Notes: generated from the letters alone by a model not told the origin. Positions 37,573 through 47,430 are shown, numbered from the stretch's first letter. The stretch is DNA of 64,000 bases from Phycisphaerales bacterium (GCA_036788215.1 DAIQNV010000002.1:37074-101073), one strand, 5' to 3'. Numbers and translations: made by a program.

Positions 37573-37758
37573 TTACCAGGACGCCTTGCGCATGCCCGGG
37601 ATCTTCCCCTCGAGCGCCAACTTCCGCAGCATGATCCGGCTGATCCGGAACTTGCGGTACACGCCGCGGGCACGCCCCGTCAGCTCGCACCGACGCACGA
37701 TGCGCGTCGAGTACTTCGGCGTCTTCCTGCTCTTGGCCACCTGGGCTTTCGTCGCCAT
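37573..37758 (-). CDS. rpsN: 30S ribosomal protein S14, short (type Z length, single Cys)
   Basis: 61 aa, ending [16 protein letters not shown]. Only one Cys is present, so it is probably not zinc-binding. Confidence 0.9.
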   Translation of the reverse strand: MATKAQVAKSRKTPKYSTRIVRRCELTGRARGVYRKFRISRIMLRKLALEGKIPGMRKASW

Positions 37759-37817
37759 CCGCCGTCCCTTCCGAGCCGCCGAACCACCGGCGGGTCAAGT
37801 TCCTGTCGTCAACACCC

Positions 37818-38465
37818 TCAGCTCGACGCCCGCGCCCGCTTCTGCTCGGGCTTCCGGAACGGGAAGCCCATCTCGTCCAGCACGAACTTGCTCATCGCGG
37901 GGCTCGAGTTGCTGAACCCGAGGTTGATGTTCATACCGTGCGTGAACGTCGCCGAAGCCATGTCGATCTCCGGGAACACGCCCTGCTCGGTCAGACCGAA
38001 CGAGTAGTTCCCCTGGCGATCGAACGCCTTCTCCGGCAGGCCACGGAAGTCCTTGATACGCGGGGCGACCAGGTTGATCATCCGATCAAGGAAGAACCAC
38101 ATCCGCTCCCGACGAAGCGTCACCATCGCCGCCGTGTCGTAACCCTCGCGAACCTTGAAGTTCGAGACGCTCTTCTTCGCCGCGATCATCACGGGCTTCT
38201 GCCCGCTGATCTTCTCCAGCGTGTCGAGCACCTGCCCCTTGATGTTCGCCGGGATCTTCGTCCCGTCCAAGTGACGCCCCATGTTCACGTTGATCACGAT
38301 CTTCTCGAGCCGAGGCTGCGCCATCCGGTTCGTCACGCCGAACTGCTCGGCCAGCTTCGGGCGGATGACCTCGTCATACGCCGTCTGCATGCGCGGCTTC
38401 TGGGGCACCAGGGCCTCTGCCGCGCTCTCCGAGTTCTCGACCTTCTTCTTCTTGTCCTTCGCCAT
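37818..38465 (-). CDS. rplE: 50S ribosomal protein L5 (N-terminally extended)
   Basis: PRLEKIVINVNMG...FRGLPEKAFDRQGNYSFGLTEQ. Confidence 0.95.
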   Translation of the reverse strand: MAKDKKKKVENSESAAEALVPQKPRMQTAYDEVIRPKLAEQFGVTNRMAQPRLEKIVINVNMGRHLDGTKIPANIKGQVLDTLEKISGQKPVMIAAKKSVSNFKVREGYDTAAMVTLRRERMWFFLDRMINLVAPRIKDFRGLPEKAFDRQGNYSFGLTEQGVFPEIDMASATFTHGMNINLGFSNSSPAMSKFVLDEMGFPFRKPEQKRARASS

Positions 38466-38527
38466 CGCTCAGGCCTCACACGCTGCCGACGGGGACGAGC
38501 CCCGATCGTCGATCAACCGGTTCCCAA

Positions 38528-38860
38528 TCACCCCTTCGGGGCGCTGACCGCCCCGAGATCCTTGCCGCCACGCACCGCCACGCGAACCTTCTGCCCGTTG
38601 CTCTTCCGCTCGAAACGCACACGGGTCGGCTTCCCGTCCACCACCGGGCTCACGTTGCTGATGTGGATCGGACCCTCACGCGTGATCACCCCGCCCTGCG
38701 GGTTCAGACGCGTCGGACGCAGGTGCTTCGTGCGGAGATTGATCCCCTTCACGATCACGCGGTCCTTCTTCGTGTCCACACGCAGGATCTCGCCGGTCTT
38801 CCCCCGGTGGTCCCCCGAAGTGATCATCACCGTGTCGCCACGCTTCACATGCCGAGCCAT
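38528..38860 (-). CDS. rplX: 50S ribosomal protein L24
   Basis: [32 protein letters not shown] overlap with the rplN stop. Confidence 0.95.
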   Translation of the reverse strand: MARHVKRGDTVMITSGDHRGKTGEILRVDTKKDRVIVKGINLRTKHLRPTRLNPQGGVITREGPIHISNVSPVVDGKPTRVRFERKSNGQKVRVAVRGGKDLGAVSAPKG

Positions 38861-39246
38861 CACACCACCTCCGAAGCCAACGACACGATCTTCATGTAGT
38901 TCCGCTCGCGGAGCTCGCGGGCCACCGGCCCGAAGATACGCGTGCCCTTGGGGTTGCCCTCGTCGTTGATCAGCACCACAGCCGAACTGTCGAAGGCCAC
39001 GTACGACCCGTCCTTGCGACGCGTCTCCTTGCCCGTGCGAACGATCACAGCCTTCGACTTGTCGCCGGCCTTGATGTCCGAACCGGGAAGCGCCTTCTTG
39101 ATGCTCACCAGCACCCGGTCGCCCACGCCCGCCGTCTTGCGCGTGAAGCCGCCGGTCCGCGTCGAACCGCCGTACACGCGGATGATGTAGGCGATCTTCG
39201 CCCCCGAGTTGTCCGCGACCTCGCACCTGGATTCCTGCTGAAGCAT
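38860..39246 (-). CDS. rplN: 50S ribosomal protein L14
   Basis: [24 protein letters not shown]... Confidence 0.95.
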   Translation of the reverse strand: MLQQESRCEVADNSGAKIAYIIRVYGGSTRTGGFTRKTAGVGDRVLVSIKKALPGSDIKAGDKSKAVIVRTGKETRRKDGSYVAFDSSAVVLINDEGNPKGTRIFGPVARELRERNYMKIVSLASEVV

Positions 39247-39323
39247 CGCTCGGCCCCAATCAACGCGCCCCAAAGGAGACGCGAAGGTCAACTCTCAGTC
39301 ACAAACCGCCCGCACCAACGCGA

Positions 39324-39617
39324 TCACACCACCCGACCACGCTCGATCACACGCACCAGCGCCCAGCTCTTCGTCTTGCTGACGGGCTTGCACTCCGCGA
39401 TCTCGACCTTGTCGCCAAGACGAGACTCGTTGTTCTCGTCGTGAACGTGGATCACCGTCCGACGGCTGATGTACTTGCCGTACTTCGGGTGCTTCGCACG
39501 GTAGTTGATGACCACCTTGCGGCTCTTGTCCCGCTTGTCCGACTCCACCACGCCGATGCGCGTCTTCGTCAGACCGGTCTGCCCGTTCGCCTGCATGTTC
39601 TCGACGCCGTCGGTCAT
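39324..39617 (-). CDS. rpsQ: 30S ribosomal protein S17
   Basis: [42 protein letters not shown]. Start taken at the ATG at 39617. Confidence 0.9.
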   Translation of the reverse strand: MTDGVENMQANGQTGLTKTRIGVVESDKRDKSRKVVINYRAKHPKYGKYISRRTVIHVHDENNESRLGDKVEIAECKPVSKTKSWALVRVIERGRVV

Positions 39618-39676
39618 CGATCGTCCTCGTCTGGTCGGGTTGCCCAACCCGGGCAGCCCGCTCACCACTTCGCGCC

Positions 39677-39880
39677 TCAGGCGCTCGCCTTCGCCGTTTG
39701 CCGCGCCGTCTGCTCGGTCAGGAGACGGGCGATGTCCTTGCGGACCTTCCCGTACTGGCTCGTGTCCTCGACCTTGTCCGTCACGTGCTGCACGCGGAGC
39801 GTGAACAGCTTCTCCCGAAGCCGCTTCAGCTCGATCGTCAGCTCCTCGTCCTTCAAAGCCCGCACTTCGCTGCCGGTCAT
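39677..39880 (-). CDS. rpmC: 50S ribosomal protein L29
   Basis: 67 aa: [23 protein letters not shown]. Confidence 0.9.
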   Translation of the reverse strand: MTGSEVRALKDEELTIELKRLREKLFTLRVQHVTDKVEDTSQYGKVRKDIARLLTEQTARQTAKASA

Positions 39881-39899
39881 CGCGTTACCCCTCAGCTGC

Positions 39900-40325
39900 T
39901 CAAGCCGTCGTCCGGCGCGTCACGAACCGGCACCGCACCGGCATCTTCATCGCCACGCGAACCAGGGCCTCCTTCGCCCGCGATTCGCTCACCCCCGCCA
40001 GCTCGTAGAGCACCGTGCCCGCGCGAACACGCGCCGCCCAGTAGTCCACGTCAGCCTTGCCCTTGCCCATGCGGGTCTCGAGAGGCTTCTTGCTGATCGG
40101 CTTGTCCGGGAACACCCGGATGAAGATCTTGCCCTCACGCTTCAGCACCCGCTGGATCGCGATACGGCCAGCCTCGATGCAGTTGCTCTTCAACCAGCAA
40201 CCCTCGAGCGCCTGCAGACCGTAGTCGCCGAAGGCAACGTAGTTGCCCTTCGTCGCGTTCCGCTCGCGGACGCGACGGAACTCCTTGCGGAACTTGACTC
40301 GCTTGGGCGTCTTGTAAGGAGGCAT
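39900..40325 (-). CDS. rplP: 50S ribosomal protein L16
   Basis: FRKEFRRVRERNATKGN...RMGKGKADVDYWAARVRAGTVLYE. Confidence 0.95.
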   Translation of the reverse strand: MPPYKTPKRVKFRKEFRRVRERNATKGNYVAFGDYGLQALEGCWLKSNCIEAGRIAIQRVLKREGKIFIRVFPDKPISKKPLETRMGKGKADVDYWAARVRAGTVLYELAGVSESRAKEALVRVAMKMPVRCRFVTRRTTA

Positions 40326-40387
40326 CGTCTAAGCCCTCGATCCAAAGTCGACCGAACCCGTGTCCTGATACCCGTCGCCGATCACGC

Positions 40388-41095
40388 TCAACGGCGCCCG
40401 CGAGCACGCGCCCGACCACCGGCCGCGTCGCTCGTCACCTCGTCCTCGCGAATCTCCGACCCGTACTCGCCCTTGTAGATCCAGGTCTTCACCCCGATCT
40501 GGCCGTACGCCGTCCGAGCCTCCGCGAACCCGTAGTCGATGTTCGCCTGCAGCGTGCTCAGGGGAAGCGAGCCCAGACGCACGTCCAGGGTACGGCTCAT
40601 CTCGGCACCGCCAAGACGACCGGAAATCTGGATCTTCACGCCCTTCGCGCCGACCTGCATCACGCCCTCCGCACGCATCTTCACGACGCGGCGGAAGCTC
40701 ATCCGCTTGCTCAGCTGCTCCGACACACTCTCCGCGACCAGCTGCGCATCCAGGTCCGGCTGCTTGATCTCGTGGATCGAGATCGCCACCTTCCGGCCCG
40801 TCATGTACTGAAGCTCTTCCGTCATCCGGTCGACCTCGGCGCCCTTCGGCCCGATCACGAGCCCGGGGCGGGCCGTCCGGATGATGATCTTCAGTTCCTC
40901 GCGCGTCCGCTCGATGTGGATGTCCGAAACCGCGGCGTTCGGCGGTGTCCGGTTCAGCCGGCGATCGAGGTACTCGCGAATCCGCTGGTCCTCGACCAGG
41001 AGCTCGCCGTAGAGAGCCTTCGGCGCGTACCACCGGGAGCGGTGCGCCTCGGTGATCCCAAGCCTGAACCCGAATGGCTGTGTCTTCTGACCCAT
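40388..41095 (-). CDS. rpsC: 30S ribosomal protein S3
   Basis: MGQKTQPFGFRLGITEAHRSRWYA... Confidence 0.95.
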   Translation of the reverse strand: MGQKTQPFGFRLGITEAHRSRWYAPKALYGELLVEDQRIREYLDRRLNRTPPNAAVSDIHIERTREELKIIIRTARPGLVIGPKGAEVDRMTEELQYMTGRKVAISIHEIKQPDLDAQLVAESVSEQLSKRMSFRRVVKMRAEGVMQVGAKGVKIQISGRLGGAEMSRTLDVRLGSLPLSTLQANIDYGFAEARTAYGQIGVKTWIYKGEYGSEIREDEVTSDAAGGRARARGRR

Positions 41096-41114
41096 AGCAC
41101 GTTTCCCCGACCGC

Positions 41115-41666
41115 TTAGCGGCCGTTCCGCTCCTCGAGACCGACCGTGATGTGACTCGTCCGCTTCAGGATCGCGTGAGCTCGCCCACGGTCCTTCGGCT
41201 GGAACCGCTTGATGTGCTGGGCGCCGTCCACCCGCACCTCCGCAACCACCAGCTGGGAGTAGTCAGCACCGGCCTCCTGCGCATCCGCAACAGCCGCGTC
41301 CACAGCCTTCAGCAGGTTCGTCGATGCCCGCTTCAGGCTGAACTGCAGCTGCATCTTCGCGTCGTCCACGTGACGCCCGCGGATCAGGTCCACCACCAGC
41401 TTCGCCTTCCGCGGGCTCCCGCGGTGATGACGGATCTGGCTCACGAACCGCGCGATGTCCTTCACCTCGCAGCCCACAGCACCGGCAAGACGCTCGATGT
41501 CCGTCTTCTTGCAACGCGGGTGATCCCGGCCCTGGAGCCAGTTCTTCACCGCGCTCACAGCCCGCGGCCCGGTCAGACCGGTCCGCTCGACAGCTTCCGC
41601 GAGCTGCTCGACGGTCAGCCCCGCCTCCGAGGCTCGCCTGCTCAATTCTTGCGGTCGAAGCTTCAC
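41115..41666 (-). CDS. rplV: 50S ribosomal protein L22 with 74-aa N-terminal HTH-like extension
   Basis: The C-terminal 109 aa are canonical L22 (SQIRHHRGSPRKAKLVVDLIRGR...RAHAILKRTSHITV). The N-terminal 74 codons are in frame, GC3-rich, and start 25 nt after rpsS. Confidence 0.85.
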   Translation of the reverse strand: MKLRPQELSRRASEAGLTVEQLAEAVERTGLTGPRAVSAVKNWLQGRDHPRCKKTDIERLAGAVGCEVKDIARFVSQIRHHRGSPRKAKLVVDLIRGRHVDDAKMQLQFSLKRASTNLLKAVDAAVADAQEAGADYSQLVVAEVRVDGAQHIKRFQPKDRGRAHAILKRTSHITVGLEERNGR

Positions 41667-41691
41667 GACTCGGCTCCCATGCCCAAGCGAC

Positions 41692-41970
41692 TCAGCGCTT
41701 CAGGCCTTCCTTCTTGTTCGTGTGCCCGCGGAAGGTCCGCGTGTTGCTGAACTCGCCCAGCTTGTGGCCCACCATGTCCTCGGTCACGAACACATCGTTG
41801 AACACCCGACCGTTGTGCACCTGGAAAGTGTGCCCGACAAACTCCGGAACGATCGTGCACGAACGCGCCCAAGTCTTGATGGGGTCGCGGCGCCCGTCCG
41901 CCTCCATCTTCTCCACCTTGCGGTAGAGCTTCTCATCAACAAACGGGCCCTTCTTCAGACTACGGCTCAT
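41692..41970 (-). CDS. rpsS: 30S ribosomal protein S19
   Basis: [15 protein letters not shown]...[23 protein letters not shown]. Confidence 0.95.
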   Translation of the reverse strand: MSRSLKKGPFVDEKLYRKVEKMEADGRRDPIKTWARSCTIVPEFVGHTFQVHNGRVFNDVFVTEDMVGHKLGEFSNTRTFRGHTNKKEGLKR

Positions 41971-41995
41971 CGCTTCGCTCCCACAAAGGACCCGA

Positions 41996-42853
41996 TCACT
42001 TCAGCTGCCCGTAACGCTTGCTCTTACGACGCCGAATGATCAGCTGCTGGCTCGGCTTCTTCCGGTCACGCGTGCCGCCACCCTTCGCAAGCGTGCCCGA
42101 CTTGCTCACAGGCGCACGACCACCCTTCGAACGACCCTCACCACCACCCAAGGGGTGAGCGTGGTGGCTCATCGCCACGCCGCGCGTCTTCGGCCGGCGA
42201 CCACGCAGGCGGTTCAAACCCGCCTTGCCGATCCGACGGTTCTGGTGGTCCGTGTTCCCCACCTGGCCCACCGTCGCACGACAGTCGAGCAGCACCCGAC
42301 GCATCTCGCCCGAAGGCAGCATCAGCGTCGCGTACGCACCCTCCTTGTTCATCAGGCGGGCGTAGCTGCCGGCCGAGCGGCACATCTGGCCACCCCGCCC
42401 GCGCTGCAGCTCCACGCAGTGAACGCTCATGCCGAGCGGGATGAACCGCAGGGGCATCGTGTTCCCGGGGCTCGGCTCGATCGGCGACTCCGTCGAACTC
42501 AGCACCTTCGCGCCATCCTTCAGGCCCACCGGGGCCAGGATGTACCGCTTGACGCCGTCCGCGTACTCGACCAGCGCGATGTGGCAGGTCCGGTTCGGGT
42601 CGTACTCGATCCCGATCACCGTCCCCTCGATCCCGTCCCGGTCCTTCCGACGGAAGTCGACCAGGCGGTACATCTGCTTCACACCGCCGCCACGACCGCG
42701 GACCGTGATTACGCCCTTGTGGTTCCGGCCGCCCTTCTTGGGCTTCGGACGAAGGAGCGACCGCTCGGGGCGGTCCTTCGTCACCTCGGCGTGAACATTC
42801 ACCGAGGCGTTGCGCCGGCCGGCGCTCGTTGGCTTGTAGACGCGAATCGGCAT
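41996..42853 (-). CDS. rplB: 50S ribosomal protein L2
   Basis: [14 protein letters not shown]...[11 protein letters not shown]. Confidence 0.95.
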   Translation of the reverse strand: MPIRVYKPTSAGRRNASVNVHAEVTKDRPERSLLRPKPKKGGRNHKGVITVRGRGGGVKQMYRLVDFRRKDRDGIEGTVIGIEYDPNRTCHIALVEYADGVKRYILAPVGLKDGAKVLSSTESPIEPSPGNTMPLRFIPLGMSVHCVELQRGRGGQMCRSAGSYARLMNKEGAYATLMLPSGEMRRVLLDCRATVGQVGNTDHQNRRIGKAGLNRLRGRRPKTRGVAMSHHAHPLGGGEGRSKGGRAPVSKSGTLAKGGGTRDRKKPSQQLIIRRRKSKRYGQLK

Positions 42854-42959
42854 ATCGCTGTCTCACTTCAAAGGGACGCTCGCGACGCCCCGACACAATC
42901 AGTCCAACTCAACCAACCAAACCCGACGCTCTCGAGGACCAAAGATCCCCTCAGCACGC

Positions 42960-42983
42960 CCTCTCGGGGCCGGACGGCCCCGA
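42960..42983 (-). repeat. 24-nt hairpin repeat, copy 1 (CCTCTCGGGGCCGGACGGCCCCGA)
   Basis: Perfect 24/24 match to 43021-43044. It contains the stem CGGGGCC/GGCCCCG with a 4-nt loop and lies in the rplW-rplB spacer. Confidence 0.8.
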
Positions 42984-43020
42984 ATCAACCCATCGCCGGG
43001 ACAGCCCCGACTCAACCCAA

Positions 43021-43044
43021 CCTCTCGGGGCCGGACGGCCCCGA
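43021..43044 (-). repeat. 24-nt hairpin repeat, copy 2
   Basis: Identical to 42960-42983 and abuts the rplW stop codon (43045-43047). Confidence 0.8.
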
Positions 43045-43335
43045 CTAAAACAACTCGATGCTCTCGCCATCCCGGAGCCGCACCGTCGCCGTCTTCACCA
43101 GCTTCTCGCGCACATACCCGTACTTCAGACGCTTCACCTTCCCCTTCAGGGTCCGCGTCTCGATCCCCTCGACGTGCACGCCGTACAGCGACTCGACCGC
43201 CGTACGGATCTCGGTCTTCGTCGCCCGACGGTCCACCTCGAAGGTGTACCGGCCGAAGTCGTTCATCGCCGCCGTGCTCTTCTCGGTGAGCAGAGGCTTG
43301 CGAATGACGTAGATAGGGTTCACTTCCGCAGGCAT
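43045..43335 (-). CDS. rplW: 50S ribosomal protein L23
   Basis: VIRKPLLTEKSTAAM...YTFEVDRRATKTEIRTAVESLYGV. Confidence 0.95.
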   Translation of the reverse strand: MPAEVNPIYVIRKPLLTEKSTAAMNDFGRYTFEVDRRATKTEIRTAVESLYGVHVEGIETRTLKGKVKRLKYGYVREKLVKTATVRLRDGESIELF

Positions 43336-43338
43336 GGC

Positions 43339-44151
43339 TTAGCTCTCCCCCCCGCCGCTCGCGGCGCCCTGCTTCTTCGCCGCCCACGCCGCGGCCTTCA
43401 CCGCATGCCCGCGCTTCGGGCGAGGCTTCGTCTCTTTCGCCGTCTCCACCCGGCCCCGGGGCTCGAGCTTCGCCGACTTGTCGTACTGGGCGCTGGGGCC
43501 GCTCAGCCAAGCCTCGAGCTCCGACTTCTCGATCACCAGGTAGCGGTGGTTCAGGAGCTCAAAGGCCGTCAGCTGGTCCGACCGGCACAGCGACACGCCC
43601 TCGACGTTCCGGGCACTCTTCCGAGTGTTGGCCGCCTTCTCGAGGTCCCCCGAGAGCGCCACCAAGGCCGTCCCGTTCACCCCGATCGCCGCTAGGAACG
43701 CCTGGAAGTCCTTGGTCCGGGGCGTGCCCATCGACATCGAGTCGATGACCTTCACCTCCTGGACCCGCACCCCGCCGTCGCCCTCGTGCCCCAGCAGCTT
43801 CGCGAGGAGAGCGTTCATGTTCGCCTTGCGCTTCATCTTCTTGGGCATGTCCAGCCGGAAGTCCTCACGCGAACGACGCGAGCTCTTCCAGTGACCGCCG
43901 CCGCGGAACTGAGGAGGACGCTTCGAGCCGTGACGCGCACGACCCGTGCCCTTCTGCTTGTAGATCTTCTTCGTCGAACCCTCGACCTCGCCGCGGTTCA
44001 GGCTGCGAGCCGACCCCTGACGAAGGTTCGCGTGGTACATGACGTACGCCTGCTTGATCAGCGCGGGGTTCACCACGCCGCCGAGAAGCGACTCGTCGAT
44101 CTTCATGCTCCCGGCGTTCGCGCCGGCCATCGTGTAGACGGGGACATCCAT
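43339..44151 (-). CDS. rplD: 50S ribosomal protein L4 (C-terminally extended)
   Basis: KKIYKQKGTGRARHGSKRPPQFRGGGHW. Confidence 0.95.
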   Translation of the reverse strand: MDVPVYTMAGANAGSMKIDESLLGGVVNPALIKQAYVMYHANLRQGSARSLNRGEVEGSTKKIYKQKGTGRARHGSKRPPQFRGGGHWKSSRRSREDFRLDMPKKMKRKANMNALLAKLLGHEGDGGVRVQEVKVIDSMSMGTPRTKDFQAFLAAIGVNGTALVALSGDLEKAANTRKSARNVEGVSLCRSDQLTAFELLNHRYLVIEKSELEAWLSGPSAQYDKSAKLEPRGRVETAKETKPRPKRGHAVKAAAWAAKKQGAASGGGES

Positions 44152-44502
44152 GAGTCTGCTCCGCCCTGACGCCTCTCGCCACGAAACGCCCTGCTTGGGC
44201 CGTCTCGGGCGCCTCGCCTACTCAGCCGCCCGTGTCGCCCGCGGCTGCCCTCCCGAAGGATGGCTCGCGGGTCCCCCGGAAGACACGCCCCCGGGTCGGG
44301 TCGGCTCGAGATCGACTCGGCCGTCCAGTCGTCCAGGGCCACACGCCCCGGACTCGTTGCCAATGTCGTCCCCGGCGGTTTCGGTCACCCGACCTGCCGG
44401 GCCCGCGAGCAGCAAGCGCTCCCCGCGGACAGTTCCAACCGAGCCCCCCGAGGGACCCGGATCCCGGCGACCCCGCGAAGGAGCCGCCCGAGGCAGGCAG
44501 CC

Positions 44503-45192
44503 TTAGGCCGCCCCCTCCGCCGCCTTCGCGGCCTTGCCCTTGTACAGACGCGTCGCGGTCCGGACCGTCACAAGACCCTTGTTCGGACCCGGAACGGGCC
44601 CCTTCACCAGGATCAGGTTCCGCTCCGCATCCACCCGGATCACATCCAGGCTCCGCACCGTCACCCGGTCATCGCCCAGGTGACCAGACATCCGCTTGCC
44701 CTTCTTGGGGCCGCCCGCACCACCGCGCCACGAAGCGTGACCGCCGATCGAGCCCGGGGAGCGGTGCTTCCGCTCCACGCCGTGACTCGCCTGCTGGCCC
44801 TTGAAGCCCCACCGCTTCATGCCGCCCGCGTAGCCCTTGCCCTTGCTCCGCCCGATCACATCGACGAACTTCACGCCGTCGAAGGCCGCGACCGTCAGCT
44901 CCTGACCCAGCTCGAACGCAGCCGCCTCGTCCTCGCTCACCCGGAACTCGCGGTGGTGACGCTTCGGGGCCGAGCCCGCCTTCGCGTCATGCCCGATCAT
45001 GGGCATCGTCGAGTTGCGGGGCTTCATATCGCCATAAGCGAGCTGCACCGCGGAGTAGCCGTCCGTGTCAGCGGTACGCACCTGCGTCACCACGCAGGGC
45101 CCCAGCTCGATGACGGTCACCGGCACACTGACACCACCGTCCGTAAAGACGCGGGTCATGCCGATCTTGGTTCCCATGAGCATCGCGGTCAT
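44503..45192 (-). CDS. rplC: 50S ribosomal protein L3
   Basis: MGTKIGMTRVFTDGGVSVPVTVIE... Confidence 0.95.
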   Translation of the reverse strand: MTAMLMGTKIGMTRVFTDGGVSVPVTVIELGPCVVTQVRTADTDGYSAVQLAYGDMKPRNSTMPMIGHDAKAGSAPKRHHREFRVSEDEAAAFELGQELTVAAFDGVKFVDVIGRSKGKGYAGGMKRWGFKGQQASHGVERKHRSPGSIGGHASWRGGAGGPKKGKRMSGHLGDDRVTVRSLDVIRVDAERNLILVKGPVPGPNKGLVTVRTATRLYKGKAAKAAEGAA

Positions 45193-45224
45193 TGCTTACG
45201 CCCCAGCCCTTCCAGGCGGTCCAG

Positions 45225-45536
45225 TTAGGCCTTGATCTTCACAAACACACCCGCCGGAACCACCAGCCGGTTCAACGCCTCAACCGTGCGGGCGTTCGGC
45301 TCCAGGATGTCGATGATCCGCTTGTGCGTGCGGATCTCGTACTGCTCCCGGCTTTTCTTGTCAATGAACGGACCACGGAGCACCGTGTACCGCTCGATGC
45401 GGGTCGGCAGGGGAACGGGGCCCTTCACACGGGCGTTCGTACGCTTCGCGTGGTCCACGATCTCCCGCGCCGACGCGTCGAGCGCGATGTGGTCGTAGGC
45501 CTCCATGCGAATCCGAATGCGTGGTCCGTTGCTCAT
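45225..45536 (-). CDS. rpsJ: 30S ribosomal protein S10
   Basis: [40 protein letters not shown]. Confidence 0.95.
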   Translation of the reverse strand: MSNGPRIRIRMEAYDHIALDASAREIVDHAKRTNARVKGPVPLPTRIERYTVLRGPFIDKKSREQYEIRTHKRIIDILEPNARTVEALNRLVVPAGVFVKIKA

Positions 45537-45909
45537 GCCCGATGCATCGCCGATCTGGTGACACGCCGGAGCGCGTCAGGGGTGTCGATCCCTTCCGGCC
45601 AACGGCCGGCTCGTCAACCCGGAGCCCCACAGGGCCCGGAACGATCATCTACCATTTCGCTCCCCCGAACACACGCGCCCGCCTCGATCACTCGATGCGA
45701 CCACGATGCCGTCTCCGGTGGAGCCCGGAAGCGTAGAGCCCAGCCAGCCCGTGTCAACCACTCAGGTCAAAGGACCTTCACATCGTCGCAACAACCTGAA
45801 CATTCCCGCGCCAAACCCCCCGCAACCCGCGCGTACCCTCCATCACATGCACCCGCCCACCAGCTCAAACACCGCAGCCGACCCCGTAAACACCCGGAAA
45901 GCCCCAGAT

Positions 45910-47322
45910 ATGGGGCCCGCACCAACCCTCGGGCCCCACCGGTGCCTCTCACTGCTCCTCGCAGTCCTCCTCATCCCGCTCACCGCCGCCGCCCAACCCC
46001 TCCGCCTCGCCGACGATCCCCTCCGCCTCGACGCCGCGGGCGTCTTCGTCCGCGTCCCCGAGGGTGCCGCCATCGAGTCCCGGACCCTGGGCGCCCAGCA
46101 AGTCACCACCGTACGCCTCCCCGAGAGCCTGGGCACCATCGTCCTCCAGGCCCGCCCCCTCCCAGACGACGAGCCCGCACCCGCCGCCGACGAGTTCACG
46201 CGGCGGCTTGCTGCCCAGCTCCTCGAACTCCCCGACCCCGGGGACTTCAACCCCGAACGCGACCGCCCCACCACCCGCGCCGGCGCCTTCTTGGGCCCCG
46301 GTCCCCGCCTCACCGCACCGGCAGGCCCGGTCCGACCCCTCTACCTCCGCCTCGCAGGGCGGGCCGAGGGCGCCGTCGTCGAACGCGGCATCGCGGCATT
46401 CGTGCCCGCGCCGGACCGGGTGATCCTGATTGACCTGCTCTGTTCCCCGGAGCGAGCTCTGAGGGCGCGCCAGACCTTCGAAGCGGTCCTGGCCTCGGTC
46501 TTGGCCCGGGATCCCGAAGCCGCGGAGCGGACGAGCGAGATTGAGCGTCGTCAGGGTGCGGCGTTGCTGGCCTCGATTTCCCCGGAACGTTTCGCAGAAG
46601 TCATCCGCTCAACCGACGCCTTCTTCGAACGCCTCTACCGCCCTCAAGAGGGGAATGTCGCTGCGGAGGAGGTCGGGTACCGGCGGACCGCGGCGCGACC
46701 CGGGTTCCGGGGGGAGATCGCGGGCAAGCCCCGCGACCGGTGGTCCCGGTCGGATAACGACGCGGGGACCATCGTCACGGTGGACGCCCGCCTGCTGGGC
46801 GAAAACGGCCAGCGCATCGACTCCAAGGCGATCTACTTTCTCGACGAGTTCCGCAGGGACGAGACCTGGGCGGTGCAGATGTCCGTCCGCGGCGACGGTC
46901 CCACCACGACCTGGACGGAGATCGGGGCGCGGGAGGGGCGGAGTCTCACGGTGAACATCACCCAGGGGACAACGGCCCGCCGGTCGGTCAACCCGACGAT
47001 CCGGGTCGAGGGGTATCTGAGCCGGGTGGAGGCGATCCTGCTGCCCAGGCTCTTGGCGGAGGCGGGCGAGCCCGGCGAGTTCACCTTCGCGTCGTACGAC
47101 TCGCAGCGGGAGGGCGTGGTCGAGCGGACCGAGCGGTTCGAGCGTTCGCCCGACGGGTGGACACTGCGGACGACCTTCGAGGACGGGCGGGCGCAGACGA
47201 CGGTCGTGAAGCCCGACGGGGCGCTGGTGCGGACCTCGCTCGACTCGGGCCTGATCTGGGAGCCGATCGAATTCCAGAGCCTGTTCCGGCTCTGGACCTC
47301 GCAGGGACTGCCGGTCGACTGA
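45910..47322 (+). CDS. Hypothetical secreted protein (about 470 aa)
   Basis: Signal peptide MGPAPTLGPHRCLSLLLAVLLIPLTAAAQP and consistent GC3 bias. No recognisable motif. Alternative upstream starts at 45706 and 45847. Confidence 0.6.
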   Translation: MGPAPTLGPHRCLSLLLAVLLIPLTAAAQPLRLADDPLRLDAAGVFVRVPEGAAIESRTLGAQQVTTVRLPESLGTIVLQARPLPDDEPAPAADEFTRRLAAQLLELPDPGDFNPERDRPTTRAGAFLGPGPRLTAPAGPVRPLYLRLAGRAEGAVVERGIAAFVPAPDRVILIDLLCSPERALRARQTFEAVLASVLARDPEAAERTSEIERRQGAALLASISPERFAEVIRSTDAFFERLYRPQEGNVAAEEVGYRRTAARPGFRGEIAGKPRDRWSRSDNDAGTIVTVDARLLGENGQRIDSKAIYFLDEFRRDETWAVQMSVRGDGPTTTWTEIGAREGRSLTVNITQGTTARRSVNPTIRVEGYLSRVEAILLPRLLAEAGEPGEFTFASYDSQREGVVERTERFERSPDGWTLRTTFEDGRAQTTVVKPDGALVRTSLDSGLIWEPIEFQSLFRLWTSQGLPVD

Positions 47323-47430
47323 CCGGGGCCGCGCGTGGGCCATGCTGGCTCGGTCATCCTGATTGCCCGGGGCGCGTCCGGTCGCGGGCGGTTTCGCTAC
47401 GCTGCCCCGATGATGCACGGAGGTCTTGTC

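Noticed and set aside
44218-44415. 65-aa minus-strand ORF inside the rplC-rplD spacer
   Set aside because: The translation is Gly/Pro/Arg-rich with no RBS and no resemblance to any r-protein. It is treated as non-coding spacer.
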